Of a DNA stretch of 64,000 bases, positions 36,481 through 51,000 are shown one piece after another; position 1 is the first letter of the stretch; each line of letters starts with the position of its first letter. The DNA is from Paecilomyces variotii (taxonomy: Eukaryota). Where the stretch lies: NCBI GenBank assembly GCA_004022145.1, contig RCNU01000003.1. One strand, 5' to 3'. The notes below the pieces were generated by a model. The model did no database searches and was not told the DNA's origin. It saw only the letters and a program-made list of their open reading frames with translations. The position numbers were made by a program, and so were the translations under genes.

Positions 36481-36934
36481 ATGGTGAGTACTCAGATGGA
36501 TTGAATCGGATGTTTCAAAGTCATCTGAAAGTCGAGACTGATGCCATGATCCTCAGGAGAGCCCTCACGAGCATCAGCAGAGTCTGCTACTCTCCCGAAT
36601 CATCAACAACGTTGTAAGCAGCGACGATGGTTGAGCCTCATGTTTCTTACACTAATCATTGTTGTACTAGGAAAAACTCAATGAAGCAGTCATGGTACTC
36701 AACAAAAGCTTGCAAGTGGGTGTCTTTTGTGTTCTCATTGCGCGTCGTTGATACTGACCAACAAATCCAGGAAGTCAACATCCAGAATATGAATGTTGAG
36801 CTCGTTGCGCAGATGTTCAAGAACTACCAGTCGAATGTTCTCTTCCATCTAGAAGGTATGTGCCCCTATGCTTAGGATATTTAGTAAGATGCTGACTCTG
36901 TATAGCTACGGAGAATCTCAAAGACCCATCCTAA
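36481..36934 (+). CDS. DAD4: DASH/Dam1 kinetochore complex subunit Dad4
   Basis: Five exons (the first coding exon is only ATG) give [72 protein letters not shown]. Confidence 0.93.
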
Positions 36935-37364
36935 ATACGTCTGCATGGTCGGAGTCATGATGAATTTACGAATTATGGTGGAGACGGTCCTGTAGTCAAT
37001 AATGCTTGTTCGTTTGTAAACAAATCTGTAGGGAATCTGATCTAAGACTTGTGCTGCCTCTGGTTGTCAATAATGATAATCATAATAATAAAACACCCCT
37101 TCAAGAGCATATTTAGCGCGCCGCCACATATAAGGGTTACAGCTCCGGGATTCTCGTCCACCCCCGGGAAGCTGTAGCCTCAACTCACAAAAGTCTGCTC
37201 TGCCTCCCCAACCTCTGCTCCATTTCAAGGCAGCATCACGGTCTATCATTATTTCTTCAGTTGCTGGACTTTCGGGGCTCACTCCCTTTTCATCCTTGCC
37301 ATGCGCTGAATCCGCTCTATTCTTTGCTCCGCGTACGCCATTTTGACCTGACCTAGACGCCGCG

Positions 37365-39855
37365 ATGACCATCGCAGCAGCGACGGTTCTACCGACTCGC
37401 TCGGCGGCGATTGTGACGGATAAAGATAGGGTCAAGCCGCCTCCAAAGGTGTACCCTGTCCAGGATCATCCGTTCAAAGGGTACCATCCTCCGCAGCCAG
37501 ATGGCTATGAGCAGAGCAAGTCTACGGCCAACACAAGTGCCATAGTTATCGACAATGGTAGGGAGAAATCTTGTCGCTATGGTCGCGCACTGTTCCTAAT
37601 ATGATTCGTGTGATACAGGCTCCCATCTTGTCAAAGCCGGTTGGTCGTTCGACAAGAACCCACGATTCATCATCCCACCTGTGATGAGCCGTTATCGAGA
37701 CCGCAAGCTCAACAAGGCGTGCCAATTCGTCGGTTACGATGCGTACGTCGATGCGACAACGCGTGGACAGCTCCGCTATGCCTTCGATCCGGGCACGAGC
37801 ATAGTGGGTAACTGGGATGTTATGGAAGGGCTTCTGGACTACCTGTTCCTGAAGCTAGGAGTGGATGGCGCAAACGGAGGCGTTGACAGGCCGATCGTTC
37901 TCACAGAGCCGATCGCAAACCTGACATATCCTCGACGGAGTATGTGTGCCTTGTGGTTTGCTGATGAATACATGACTGACGTGATTCAGTGATGAACGAG
38001 ATCCTCTTCGAATGCTACAACGCGCCGTCCGTCGCCTACGGTATCGACTCTCTCTTCGCATACCGCTACAATAAAGGAACAGACGGTTTGATCATCTCGT
38101 CGTCACATACTTCTACACATGTTGTGCCTGTGCTGAATTCGAAAGCCTTGCTCTCAAATTCGTCCCGGTTGAACTGGGGTGGTGCGCAGGCTTCGGATTA
38201 TCTGTTGAAACTCATGCGATTGAAGTATCCAACATTCCCCGCACGGATCACAGAAAATCAGATGGAGGATCTCATTCATAAGCACTGCTACGTTTCGCAG
38301 AATTACGACGAGGAACTAAGCCACTATTTGGACTGGTCCGGGCTGGAAGATAGGGACCATGTCATTCAATACCCATATACGGAGCATGTGGTACAGGAAA
38401 AGACGGCGGAGGAACTCGCGCGCATTGCAGAGAGAAAGAAGGAGAGCGGACGCCGGTTGCAGGAGCAGGCCGCTAAGATGCGCCTTGAGAAGCTGGTGAA
38501 GAAGGAGCAAGAACTTGAATACTACAAGGACCTGCAGCGTGGTCTTGCTTCGGAGCCTAAGAGAGAAGTCAAGAGGATATTGGACGCTGAAGATCTTAAG
38601 GATGAGGCTCATCTTGAGAGGACTATAAGGGATCTTGAGCGGTCAATCAAGAGGTCGCGAAACAAGGATTTAGGGGTAGAGGAGAACGAAGAAACTCCGG
38701 AAGAGGCATCTTTTCCCTTACTTGATGTCCCTGACGAGGAACTTGATGAGGCTGGCCTTAAGGAGAAACGTCACCAGCGCTTGATGAAATCAAACATTGA
38801 AGCAAGGCAGCGTGCGAAGGCGGAGAAAGAGAGGGAAAAGGCCCGTAAGGAGGAAGAAGAACGACTTGACAATGAGAGGCGAGAGAATGACTTCGAGAAC
38901 TGGATTGCTGAGAGGAGGGCTGCGCGACAGGTACAGTCTATCAATCTAAATTTCCGAGGATTCTACTAACCCCGCGCAAGGCTCTTCTTCAGAAGATCAA
39001 GGAACGAGAAAGGCTAAAGGCCGATCTTGGAAACCGCAAGTCCCTCGCAAGTCAAATGCGCATGAAGACACTCGCCAACCTCGCTGCCGACGGTCCCAAG
39101 AAACGTCGCAGAGGCGGTGATGATGACACTTTCGGTGCAAACGACGAAGACTGGGGTGTTTACCGTACCGTGGCGACAGGCGAACAAAGTGACGACGAGG
39201 AAGAAGAGGACGTTGAGGGTATGCTGAAGTCAGTCGAGGAACAGCTCCTCAAGTACGATCCAGAATTCACAGAGCAACACACCCTTGCAGCGCAATCGGA
39301 TTGGACAAAGAGCCTTGTTCACTCCTTCTTACGTGGACCCTGGCCATTTGATCCAGAAAGCCAGCGAGAGGCTCACCAGCTCCATCTGAACGTGGAAAGA
39401 ATCAGAGTACCTGAGGTAGTATTCCAGCCATCAATCGCCGGTGTCGACCAGGCAGGTCTCGTAGAAATCGCAGCCGACATCGTCAACCAGCGCTTCTCAA
39501 ATGCTGATGATCGCGCTCGTTTACTACGTGATGTATTCCTTACCGGCGGAAACACCCTATTCCAAGGCTTCGAGGAGCGGTTCCGCCAGGAATTCAGGGC
39601 TGTTCTTCCTCTCGAGGCGGAGCTCAAAGTTCGCCGTGCAAACGACCCAGTCCTCGATGCATGGAGAGGTGCTGCGCAGTGGGCCTCAGGACCAGAACTG
39701 GCCAAGTCTTCAATATCAAGACAGGAATACCTCGAGAAAGGAAGCGAGTATATCAAGGTATGCACTGACAAAAAATTTGTCTTTTCGTAAATCATTGATT
39801 AACCATTGTTTCCCTACAGGAACACGATCTTGGAAACATGGCAAACATCGCATGA
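37365..39855 (+). CDS. ARP5: Actin-related protein 5 (INO80 subunit)
   Basis: Introns about 37558-37618, 37940-37989, 38931-38980 and 39758-39819. Actin-fold motifs IVIDNG, EILFECY, ERIRVPE and FLTGGNTL, plus the long charged Arp5 insertion. Confidence 0.95.
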
Positions 39856-40752
39856 GCTTCCACATCGGAAAGAAAAACTTTCTCGTCCTTGTCTCTACTA
39901 GCTGCCGTAAGAAAGCATATCGTGCCTAGCTAGCTAGCTAGGTATGGGTTGGTCCGGACCATCAATATGGAGTATGGAGTACGGATGTGTATGGGGTTCG
40001 TGGCAGATTTGTTTTTCAACTTGGAAGAAAATGAATAGTAGCAAAATTGATATAATATTATACAAGTACTTTACGTGTCTAGGCTGATATCTGCAGCATC
40101 ACAAGCATATACTCTGGTCTACAGCTACGCTGAATAGGCAGGGTTTATCATGGGTAAAGAATGAATAGAGGGCAGGATCTACCTAGTCCATTATGGCTAC
40201 TGCAAGAGATGCTGCGGGCTGTACATACCATCTGAGGAAAATAGTGTAGAACAGACTCGATGAATAGCCGGATCCGGAATAGAGACGGATCGTCCCGAAT
40301 ATCATTGTCATTGCAAGAAATATCATGTCCTGTTAAACAACATCATTAAAAGGGGTATTATCAATATTCCATCGTGTATTAAGATCGTATTCGGGGCATC
40401 AGACAGTAGAAAGCTCGAGACAATCGTCCGAGAACCTCGACGCCACCTTCCAACCGTGAGACCACCGTTGCCCCAAGGGAATATGTACAGCGTCGCGAGT
40501 GCTCGAATTGCCTGACGCAGTGCAAACCTAAGCCTGGCCGATAATATGAGGATCGAGAGAGGCCTTTTGTCCTTTCCTGTGCCATAGTGGATTGAGAGAT
40601 CATCAGATTAGCATCAAACCATCGCGACCTGACGCCGGACGAATGCATATGCAGCAGAAATCCCCGCACTGGTATTATTGCGATCCAAACAAATAATTAA
40701 ATATCAAATAGCCAGTAAGGTGTCAACAAGGAATGGACGGGCAGACAACGGT

Positions 40753-42266
40753 TCACCGAGTGAGGACTCCATGACCCAGTTCCCCATGATCGCTGTCGTC
40801 TAAATATTCGTAAACGTCGACAATCTCTTGCTCAGGTTTATGAATCCGAACCAGCCAGAGGAAATAGTCCTCCAGAGGTAGGAGATTCAACAACACAGCA
40901 TTGCCCCACCACCCCAGAGCGCAGACAATAGCACCGGCAACTGCATCCAGAATAAAGTGGTTGGCGGTCGAGACGATGGCGACGAGGATAATGAACGGAT
41001 ACGCGAACCCGATGAGTAGGCAGGCCAAGCGGCGCCATGACGGCAGTCGTACTTTCGGAGACAGAGACGGGTGGAAACGATTAAAGAAGCGAATCACGAT
41101 GGTCTTCGCACGGCGATGTTGAGGGGGAAGCGGGATGGTCATGATCGTAAGACCGATCATCAACGAGTAGCCGAAGTGCAGGGAAGGCATGGCAGCTGGA
41201 AATCATACTGTCAGCGCCGTGGAAGAAAATATATACAGAAAATCATGGATGACAGAGGAAACTCTTACCGTATTGATTGCAGAACCTATTTTCTGTCCAG
41301 ACGCTACCAACGCCCGCGACTCCATGGACTGTATCTACGAAGCCATAGCTGCGCGCCTTGTCTCCCACCGGACCCTTGACGTTCTTGTCGCTCAGCAAGC
41401 GAGGAGGCATACAGGGCCAGAAGGTGAACACGACAAATGCCAGCAGGTTACACACGGCCAGAGTTCTCCGGCGCGCCTCGTACAGCGCTGGTCCCGCTGG
41501 TGATCCGTTCACCATTCCCCTAGGCTTCCCCGGTTGTCGTTCATCCAGGTGGTTTCGTGTCGTGGTGTAGTAGTAAAGCCATACGAGAAAGGCGATAGTG
41601 CCTGGAATGTGGATAAATGAGTATGTCCAGTTTACCCAGGTCATGATATGGGGGTGCGCGAGGAAAAATCGCTGGATGCCAATCTCCCAGAAGATACCCA
41701 GCTTCTGCTCGATCGCGATGATCTGCAGCGCATGTTTGCGGGCGACGTCCACAGTGCCTTCCTGGAGTGTCACCGCAGTAAAAGCACGGCCCAGTTGGTA
41801 GGTCTGCAATCGTTGTTAGAACCTTTTGGACGAGCACGAGTACTTCAGCATCTGCGTTGCTTACCCAGTAGACCAGAGCCCAATACCAGCACTCAACCAG
41901 GAAGGGAAACCGACGTAACAGCCGACTGAGCAGACGATTTCGAAAAACAGCGGTATTCGGGGAAGTCACATCAACTTTCCAGGAGCCAAAACCAACCTGC
42001 CTTTTCTGCCAGGGTTCCTCATGGGTTTCGAGCAGCGACGGCGAGAGTGATCGACAGGTGAGCAGCGCATCTTTCGGGGTGGGGCTGATCAGTCCCGACT
42101 CCAACGAATCTGGAGAAGTGTCGCGTGAGTACTCTGTATAACGGCGCCCGCTGCGGCTGCCTTTGCGCGACGGCGATATTGAGCTGTCGACCGCACGGTT
42201 GATCCAGGTGCCTCCAAAGAGAAGGACGATGACTGCGAGCGGTTCGAGAATGGCACCCGCGCCCAT
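40753..42266 (-). CDS. PAP2_3 / Aur1-Ipt1-like integral membrane phosphotransferase
   Basis: Exons 42266-41865, 41803-41269, 41195-40753. Motifs PCMPPRL, NQYAAMPSLHFGY, TANHFILDAVAG. Confidence 0.9.
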
Positions 42267-45200
42267 GATAACCGCTGCGGTCGTTTCTGTTGACTTTACT
42301 GGGACAGGTGACGGGGGAGGAAGTGACGAGGGGGACAACAGATGAGGGTAGAAGAACAACTCAAGGATCAGGATCAGGATCAGGAAAAGAAGACTCAAGA
42401 AGACACAGTAGCTTGTCACCGGGGGGTAGGCGTCATTAAAGGACCAAGGGAGCGGACCCCACGAGGAGCTGAGCTCTCGAAACTGAAAGCAAGAGAGCTC
42501 TGGTTCGTCCCCAGGCACGGAGAACGGACGAAGTTGGAGAAGGACCAAGAGAGCAGCACGGAGCTCGGAGGCACCGGAAAGTTCAGAGGCCGATTGATTC
42601 GTAACTACTCTAATAATACTGTATGGTACTTAATAATAATGATAATCATAGTTAATAATAATAATCGTGAAGGGGCCGTGATGGCGAGAGGCGCACCGGT
42701 CAGTGGAAATAGCAATAATACCGGGGAAAGGAGAACGAACATGCGAGGGAAAGACGGGGCTAGACTGGATGAGCTTATCGGTGATGTTCTTGTTTGTATG
42801 GAAGAGAACTAACTATCTGATGATGCTGCTGACTCTGTCCCATCGTCAGATATCTCCCCCCATCAGAGATATTTCCCTCGTTTTTCGCTGGGGTCTTCCC
42901 TCTGTATGGTATCTGCTTCCTGTTTCATCATGATGTTCCCTTTGTGGTGACTGCATCTGCCCGTCAGCGCACACGACCAGATGCCAGCGATGGGACTGGG
43001 CTGGATGATAGCGCGTTGACCACTGCCCAGCTTGAATCTGTTGGACGAGCGGGGCAGGTAAGCTGACGCCGAGGATGACCAAAATGCGCCACCTTGGCAG
43101 GACAAGAGTCAAGATAGCCTGGTTTGGGTCGAAACACGAAGAAACACTAGGCGGTAGGTGGTTGAATCCGGCGGTTAAAGTACGCCCTCGTCGACGTTCC
43201 CTGGCATTTCGACTCTGGCAATGCTACTAGTGAGATTCTTTAACCACAGAGAGCGCTGAACTAGAGTACTGACTACTAAAACATTACTCAAGTAGGATTA
43301 GTTTTCACGACTAGTGTTGATCTGCGATGTCTGCACAACGTCAACGCTGGCACAATGACCAGAATACAAAAGAATACTCGTTCTCCAAATAATACACCTT
43401 GGCTACCGTTTTCTATGGTATAGGTAACTATACTGAATCACTTGTTGCGTACTAAGCGGGGGAAATCCAGTCCATCGCAGCGCCACGCCGATATCGATGA
43501 CAATAGACTTGGTAACAGCCTCGCGACCACGAATTCCGTCACCACCTCCCACGTCGGGGTGCCACCCCGATCATATTACTCCGTATAGACCGAAGAGATT
43601 TCTTAAGAGCACTTCTCAGAAGAGAGGACCCTGCGGATGACGGATGGTTAGTTAGTTGGATATACCGCTGACAAACAACGAGGCTCAATCTGATGGAGAA
43701 CACCCCCCGAAAACTTGCGGGCTAATTAAACATTTTGCCTCCAGCGGGACGCGCTGTCTGTCACTTCTCCGCTTCGTCGACGGTCTCGACCAGAGGGTGA
43801 CGATACGTTGGCGTGGCCGTACAGGGAAAAGAGAGGGCCATAATGATGATATCCTTCCTAAACAACCTCTGCTTTCACGTTCCTGAGAGAACATGATCCA
43901 GCCAGAGGACTCCTTGCATGGCCAGGAAACGATAACTCGTTACACTATGGTACGTACATAAGTACATACATGCTTCCTATCTCCAGCAGCGAGGCCGAAC
44001 GCTCTGGAGACGGACGCACTGCGTTTGACGCTCGATGGTCTCGTACTAAATTCGTAGAATATTCTACTACAGCGGTTGAACTTCCCGCCGCCCCGTATGA
44101 TTATTATTCTTAGGCAGTAATAATAATAATAATACATAATACAGCATCTGTCTCCACGCCGAGACAGCGGAAAACGATTGCGGTCGGCCTCGGAATCAAC
44201 TAGATCCGTCGGGATCTTGGCGTTATCTTCTGATCTGTCAGCCCTACTCCGTACTCTAGATATGCCAACATGGTAGATCAGCCCTGGAGGGCCTCCACAA
44301 CCGCAAAGCTTAGCAGCACTTCAAGTCATTCATTATTAGTTGCTAACAGTACCTCTTTCACTTTAGACCTCAGGAAGATCATGGATCATCATCATGATTC
44401 CATTCAAAACCGCCCCCTCTGAGATAGAACGAAGCGCCGGTCTGGAGGGATGCATGGATGTAACTAATAATCACTCCTTTGTCAACTGATGGTCTGGATC
44501 TAAATCTCGTGACCTCGGTGCTCGGCCTTTTACCATATGGTTCATCCAAATCCGGGTCGAGTGGGTCCGGCAAGCCAACCGCCGACGGTCCGTTCGTTGA
44601 AGTTATGCCGATTTGCACAAATCACGGGGCGACATGGCATAATTGGCACGGTTGCAAATTGACTCCGTTCCTGTTTGGGCTCATCTCTCGGCGGTTTCCT
44701 CTCGATATACTCTCGCGTTCCCCTGAAATCTCTCCTGAAACGCGTTATGGCTAATCGTATAGATAGTATACTTTGTTTCAGGATCCTTCGTGAGGGAAAT
44801 TCTATTAATTCTATCAATCCTATCCCCCTGAATCAATAACCTAGGTAACTACCAAAACCAAAAAATGATTCAGCAGTGTCCTTTGATGACCCACGTGACA
44901 TGACATCAGCTACGTACTTCTTTGAGCTGTCTGTCGACATCTTGACTTCATGGAGGACAACCCCGCCCTGCTCTGTCAGAAAAGCCGCGTTTATGCGACT
45001 GGCAGCTATCTCAATATTGGATCATCCCTTTACCCTGAGAGGAAACCTGCTACGTCAACTTGGCGTAGCAATAGGTAATGCTGCAGCTGGCCATTGACTG
45101 AGCTTCGTAGGACGTTTCTTTGGTCGGATATTCACATGGTGCATCGAGGGATACAATCATACAGACAGTGAAGAACATTCTTCAAGGAAATGATGTGCAA

Positions 45201-45427
45201 GTGAATGGTGGGAGCACATGTCCTTTTCAAATGGCTGGATTCCCGTGTCCTGTTCTTGATATACTACTGTGCTCTAGAACACTCAAGCTTGCTTGATAAC
45301 TAACCAACTCACTGGAATCAACCGTCTTTTGCCCTTGAACCAGCGTCCTCTTGTCGGATGGAACTAGTCTCCTCTGTTTGACTCCACTCACAGGATCTAG
45401 ACTGGCACAGCATCATCCAAAGCGAAA

Positions 45428-46730
45428 ATGTTCCCGGCAGTCCGTCAGGCCGTTGTGGCTTCCTCCAAGCCATTCACATCTTCTCGACAGCAACTCCTCA
45501 AGGCTACTACGCCTGTTGCGGCGTCACGATGCTTTTCCACCATTCCTCCCGCCCAGAAAGATATTATCCTCTTGCAGGATAAGGAGAATGGCTTTGGATT
45601 CGCCAGGTCAAACCCACGACCTCCTAAGCCTAGGACCAAGGGCGTGACGGAGATCAGGGGACCGTACTATACTGTATGTCACAGTAGAATGCGATCTCTT
45701 AGCGATCACATCAGCTGGTGTTCTGCCTAGATGCGGCCACTAACATGAGGTTACAAGGTCATGGGGAAGAGATATCTAGCGGACGTTCTGGAGACGTAAG
45801 TCTACAACATATGTCTCGATATTTAGTAAGCATGGCCTAACAACATGCCAGTATGGGAACGCATGTCGATGGTCTCAAATTCGCCGGAGGTATGTCCTGA
45901 ACGGTCGCATCAGTTTACAGACACACATTGATTAACTCCTTCAACTAGGATCCTTCTCCTTGTTCCCCGAGAAGCCACTGCGCGAATTGATCGATCTGGC
46001 TCACTCACACGATGTCTATGTCTCGACTGTATGATGTTACACTACCAATTGGCAACAATATTGTGGGTCGATGACTGACCTGGTATATAGGGCGGCTGGG
46101 CCGAGCATCTTCTCACACACCCAGACCCCAATACCGTCTTTGATAAATACCTCTCAAAGTGCAAGGATCTAGGGTATGTATCCTAAAATCTTTTCTATCA
46201 ACCTGTCTGCTTGAACGACGACTGATCGTCTCAGATTTGACGTCATCGAGCTGTCTTCCGGCTTCCTCTCATTCCCTGCAGACGACTGGCTCCGTCTCGT
46301 CGACAAAGTCCACTCTTACGGCCTCAAGGCCAAGCCAGAGCTCGGTATCCAGTTTGGAGCTGGTGGTGACACTCCTGCCGCTGACCTCGAAGCCATTGGC
46401 ACCTCAGACCCCGGCAAGCTGGTCAACCTGGGCAAGAAGTTCCTCGACGCTGGTGTCGAACGTCTCATGATCGAGTCTGAGGGTATCACTGAGAATGTCA
46501 AGTCGTGGCGCACCGACGTCGTCTCGACCATCATGAAGGAGTTGCCTCCCGAGAGGGTCATGTTTGAGGCGGCGGATCCGAAGGTCTACACCTGGTACCT
46601 TCGCGAATTTGGTGTCGACGTCAACGTCTTTGTCGACCATTCGCAGATCGTCCAGCTGAGCTGCCTCAGACACGGTATCTGGGGCACAGCGGATACGTTT
46701 GGAAAGCTGGTCACTTTCCGTCCAGAGTAG
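45428..46730 (+). CDS. ComA / phosphosulfolactate-synthase-like TIM-barrel protein (HSA32-like) with a predicted mitochondrial presequence
   Basis: Seven exons: KPRTKGVTEIRGPYY, VDGLKFAGGS, STGGWAE, FDVIELSSGF, KAKPELG, LMIESEG, MFEAADP. N-terminus is R/S/A-rich and free of acidic residues. Confidence 0.88.
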
Positions 46731-48071
46731 ATGCTACATCCCATACCATCTACCCTAATTCTCGTCCTCAGCTGTCGTATCGGTACATCTAGCAGCCTTA
46801 GGAACGGACACCTCATATCGTAATAACATATTTGAATAACAATGACCCTCTTTTTACTGGCACTTCCCCGTATTAATAAATAGTATATAAACCATAAGTA
46901 TGACAAATGGCGTAATAATAACTACCAAGGTCACCTCATTCACCCCCAAACGTCATATCCAGCGGATGCAATGATACCCTTTCTGAGAGCTGCTTCTCTT
47001 AGTTCCCAACCCACCACGGGCACGGAAGTCAGTCTCATAGTTTTAAGAAGGGGGAAGATTCATCATAATCCATTATTCATTGGAAGAAAAAGATAGTTAC
47101 GTTGAAGAGATTAGAACATCCACAACTCGACGCGATCTTCGATCTCAGCCAAGGAATTCAATGCATAGTGGTATCATATCGACGGGCTCAAGCTTGATAG
47201 GATGGAAAGTTCATTGAGTTTGTTTCGATATGGCGCATCTTCAGTTCCTAGAGTCTGTACAGTAGGTCTGTCTTTTCTTTTCTTTTCTTTTCTTTTTTTT
47301 GAGACAGATTCTTGGAGAAAATCTTTGCGCAGTTTCATTATCTGCAAGTTCAATAAATAAATAGAAAAAGGACTAGGTAATACATAGATCTATCTAGATA
47401 TGATGCCAAGATACGCGCGGTCGAAACCCACGTGCGGAAGTGGAGAAGAAGGAAGGGTCAAGGTGGGAAATCCACATGGCACCCACAGGCGTCATTTCGA
47501 GCTTCTATATAACTACTATGTACTTAGCAGACGGAATCTAGGTATTTATTCTTACACATTCCGTAATTCGGATATAGAATCAAGAAAGGCCCATCTAGTT
47601 CAGTTTAGTTGATTTGAATTTGATTCTAAGCTAAGTTTTTTCGCTGGCTGATGCTGTGCGGGAGAGATGTCCCATCTCAGGACTTATCTTAAGAACGGGG
47701 GGCATATACAGAATGAAAAAAAAGTCAAGATTGAAGAATGACTTCGACTTAGAATTCGCTGCGTTGGGTGGATGAGCAAAAGGAATAAATGACTTCAAAA
47801 AAAGAAAAAGAAAAAAAGGGTAGCCGTGGCATCCAGAGTGGAAACTGCAGTTGTGTAATAGGCACTAGTAACAGATGGCAACCATACGACAAGCAAAGAA
47901 GTCAACAAGAAAGGGAAAAGCGGGTGGTCCTATGTGAGATGCAGTTACCGATGGGGGATGATAAGAAAAGAAGAAAGGTCCAGTGACAAGAAGGGTTACT
48001 AGCAGGCAAATAAGATAAAATAAATGCAGAATTATATATCACGTGTTATTCACAGATTCCCCTGACATAAA

Positions 48072-51000
48072 TCAAAAACCGAATGGGTTGGAAGGACCTT
48101 GAAGCAAAGTTTGTCAGCATGCATTCAAAACTACAGATATAGTATCAAGATTGATAGCAGACAGGGAACTTACTGGCTTGGGCGAGATTTGCCCTCAGAC
48201 CCGTAGGCTGCGGGGCAAGCCTCTTCGCTTCGGGCTTGACTCCAAACCTGACAGGAGGCGGAGGACCCGTCTTCTGGGGCTGCAAAGGTGCTGCCGTTGG
48301 CTGCTGCGGAATCGGTGGAATCGGAGGCGGAGTAAACGTCGTGTTACCGAATCCATTCAGACCTGTAGGCTGCGGCTGCAACGGTGGAGGCAGGACCGAG
48401 TTGATACCACCCGTTGGCATAGGCTGCTGTTGCTGCGGGAATCCACCAAAGCCGGTAGGCTGCGGCGCAAGGCTCTGGAAAGGAGGACGGGGAACGGGAT
48501 CCGCAAATGGGCTAGCTGTCGGCTGCATGTTCATGAACTGCGGCTGCTGCTGCTGCTGGATTCCAAATTGAGACTGGGGCTGGAACCCTGTTGGCTGCGG
48601 CATTAGGCCATTCTGGAATTGACCCTGAAGAGCAAACCCAGTAGGCTGGGCTTGCAATGGTTGCTGGAAACGCTGCTGGCTGAGTTCGTTCAAGCTCTGA
48701 CCAGCCGGTGCAATATGGGGAGCATTATGGGGAATGCCGGTCAGTTGAGGCTGCAGTGGCGGCGGCAGTCCAAACGAACTCTGGGCCTGGAAATTTTGAG
48801 GAGCAGATAGAGGGCGCTGCGGAGGAGGCGGGATAAGTGAACTCTGACCAACATTCTGCGGAGGCTGCGGACGCTGCCTTGCTGGCTGGAACCCTGTAGC
48901 TTGAGAAGCCAGCCCTGTAGCTTGAGGTGCCAATTGAGCGAAAAAGCTCGGGTTAGCACCAGTCGGCTGGGGCTGGACAGGTGCCGGCTGCTGCACAGCA
49001 GTGGGTTGAGGCTGAAGCGGTGGCTGAGTTATAGTTGGCTGGGTATTCTGCACGGGCTGAGCAGGGGTAGGCTGCAGAGGAGCCTGCAAGAGGGTTAAAT
49101 CGGCCATAGCACCAGTCAAAGAAGGCTGCTGCTGCGGTGCTTGCGTTGTAGCTGGAGAGGCCGGAGCAGGTTTAGAAGCAGCAGCGGCGGAAGTAGGGGC
49201 AGCTGGCTGTTTCGGCGGCTTCACTTCCCATGCATCATCGTCAAAGCCCTTCTTAACAGGCTCGTCACTGGCAGGGGTGGCCTGCTGGGACTCTGCGGTC
49301 GTTGAAGCGTCCTTCTGTTCGAAGGCCTTTGGATCGACAACGTCGCTAGTCTGTACCGGAGGTGCTGGTCGGCCCTTGCGTGTATTATTCCGCAGTGCAC
49401 CTCCGGGGCCTGAGAATAGTCCACCTTCGCCGTCGATAACCTCCTCTCCACCGAAACTGACATTGCGCAACTTCGATTTCGCACCGGTGCGACCGTACAA
49501 GTTGTCCAAATAGCGCATCACTCGCAAAATATCACCCTCTTTGAGCCCAAGAGTGCGCAAAGTTTCGGGCGTGATATCCGGAAGAACGCTTTCGTCGATG
49601 GAATCCTTGTTGAAATTCTGAGAATATCTCTCACACTGGTGAGGGCCGACTCCTGCCTTCAAGAAGAAGTCGAACCAGTCATGCTCCTTGACAGCAGCAC
49701 CAGCCCGGCTGGTTTCCTTGGGCTTGTCGGTGGTTCGACGACGGATATCAGACAATGGCTTGTCTTCATCCAGTGACTGACCGGTGACCTTCTCGACATA
49801 TTCCAGATCTTCGGCAGACATCTTGGCGACTGGTACGGCAATCTTGACTCCATTCATCTTGTGAAGATGGATCTTGCCATCCTGGAGTGCGAGGAATTGC
49901 GCTTCAACCGTGAATGAGCCCGTTCGGTCGGTCCACGATCGCGTCTTTGAGGGGTCAGGCTCTATTTCTCTCGTCAGCTTTTTTCATTTCTTCTGTAAAA
50001 ACCGAGCAGATATTCTTACTTGGCTTAGAGATCGAACCCTTATCCACTCTGCTTTCTCGTTTTCGCTGTGAAGGATGGTTATTACTCAATGCCAGCAAAC
50101 TACCGCGCCTTTGGGGCACTTTGATTCCTGGGCCTACCTCTGACATCCGAGAATCATTGGAATCATGTCTTGATTTCTGCGCAGCTTCCTTGGTCATCCG
50201 AGATTCCTCCAGTCTGTTCTGTTCGACAGTCGATAGGCCAGCATTGACTCCGGTTGTTGGGACGGAAAGGAATCCAGTGATCTCGATATAACTGCTCGGC
50301 ACGACACCTTCCCTGCCGTTCTTTATACGTCGCACCATCCACCACTCATCCGACTTGGTGTCATCCAAAATAACTACTTCATCACCGGTTGCCACCGTAA
50401 CCTCATCATCTCCCTGGGCCATGAAATCGTACAAAACCTGCCCTTTCTTCTGAGCCGGACCGCCTCTTCCAGCTGCAATCACCTCCTTCAGTCCTTCGGC
50501 TCTGTAAGCTCCGGCGATCTCACCTAGGGCGGAAACGATTTCTCGGGCAGTATCCTTGGCCCCCGCGTGGAAATCGATACTTCTACTAGGCCGAACCAGA
50601 TCCATAAAGACGTGCTTCCCCTCGATGGAGTAGTGGCTGAGCTTGTCAGCTGTCCATTCTTGGTGAGGTCCATCGTCGTGGTCGGGCGATATGAAGATTG
50701 TTCCCGTGGCAATGTTGATACCCAAAGTCGTAGGCATCTTCTTGCGTTTACCCATCGCTTCGACCATCTCGTTGACATTATAGATATGATATCCGGAAGG
50801 TGAGCGTGGTGTAGCCTCTCCGACACGGTTGTAAGGAGGTGATTCCTGAATACCACCATTGTGCTCGCGCTGTCGCACAACGGAGGAGTGAGTGCGAGCG
50901 GGAGGAGAGGGTTCAGAAGGCGAATATGGCTGCGCTGGCGGAGATGTGCGTTGGGAGGTTGGTCGCTGCGGAAGAGGTGGGGAGGGCACAGCTTCTTCCA

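Noticed and set aside
42800-45300. Several 60-90 aa ORFs in the long divergent intergenic region
   Set aside because: No motifs, no consistent splice structure, overlapping frames on both strands
48174-49100. Repeated GGCTGC units resembling a repeat array, with Cys/Gly-rich antisense ORFs
   Set aside because: Explained by the QPTG repeats of Sla1 on the minus strand; not CRISPR
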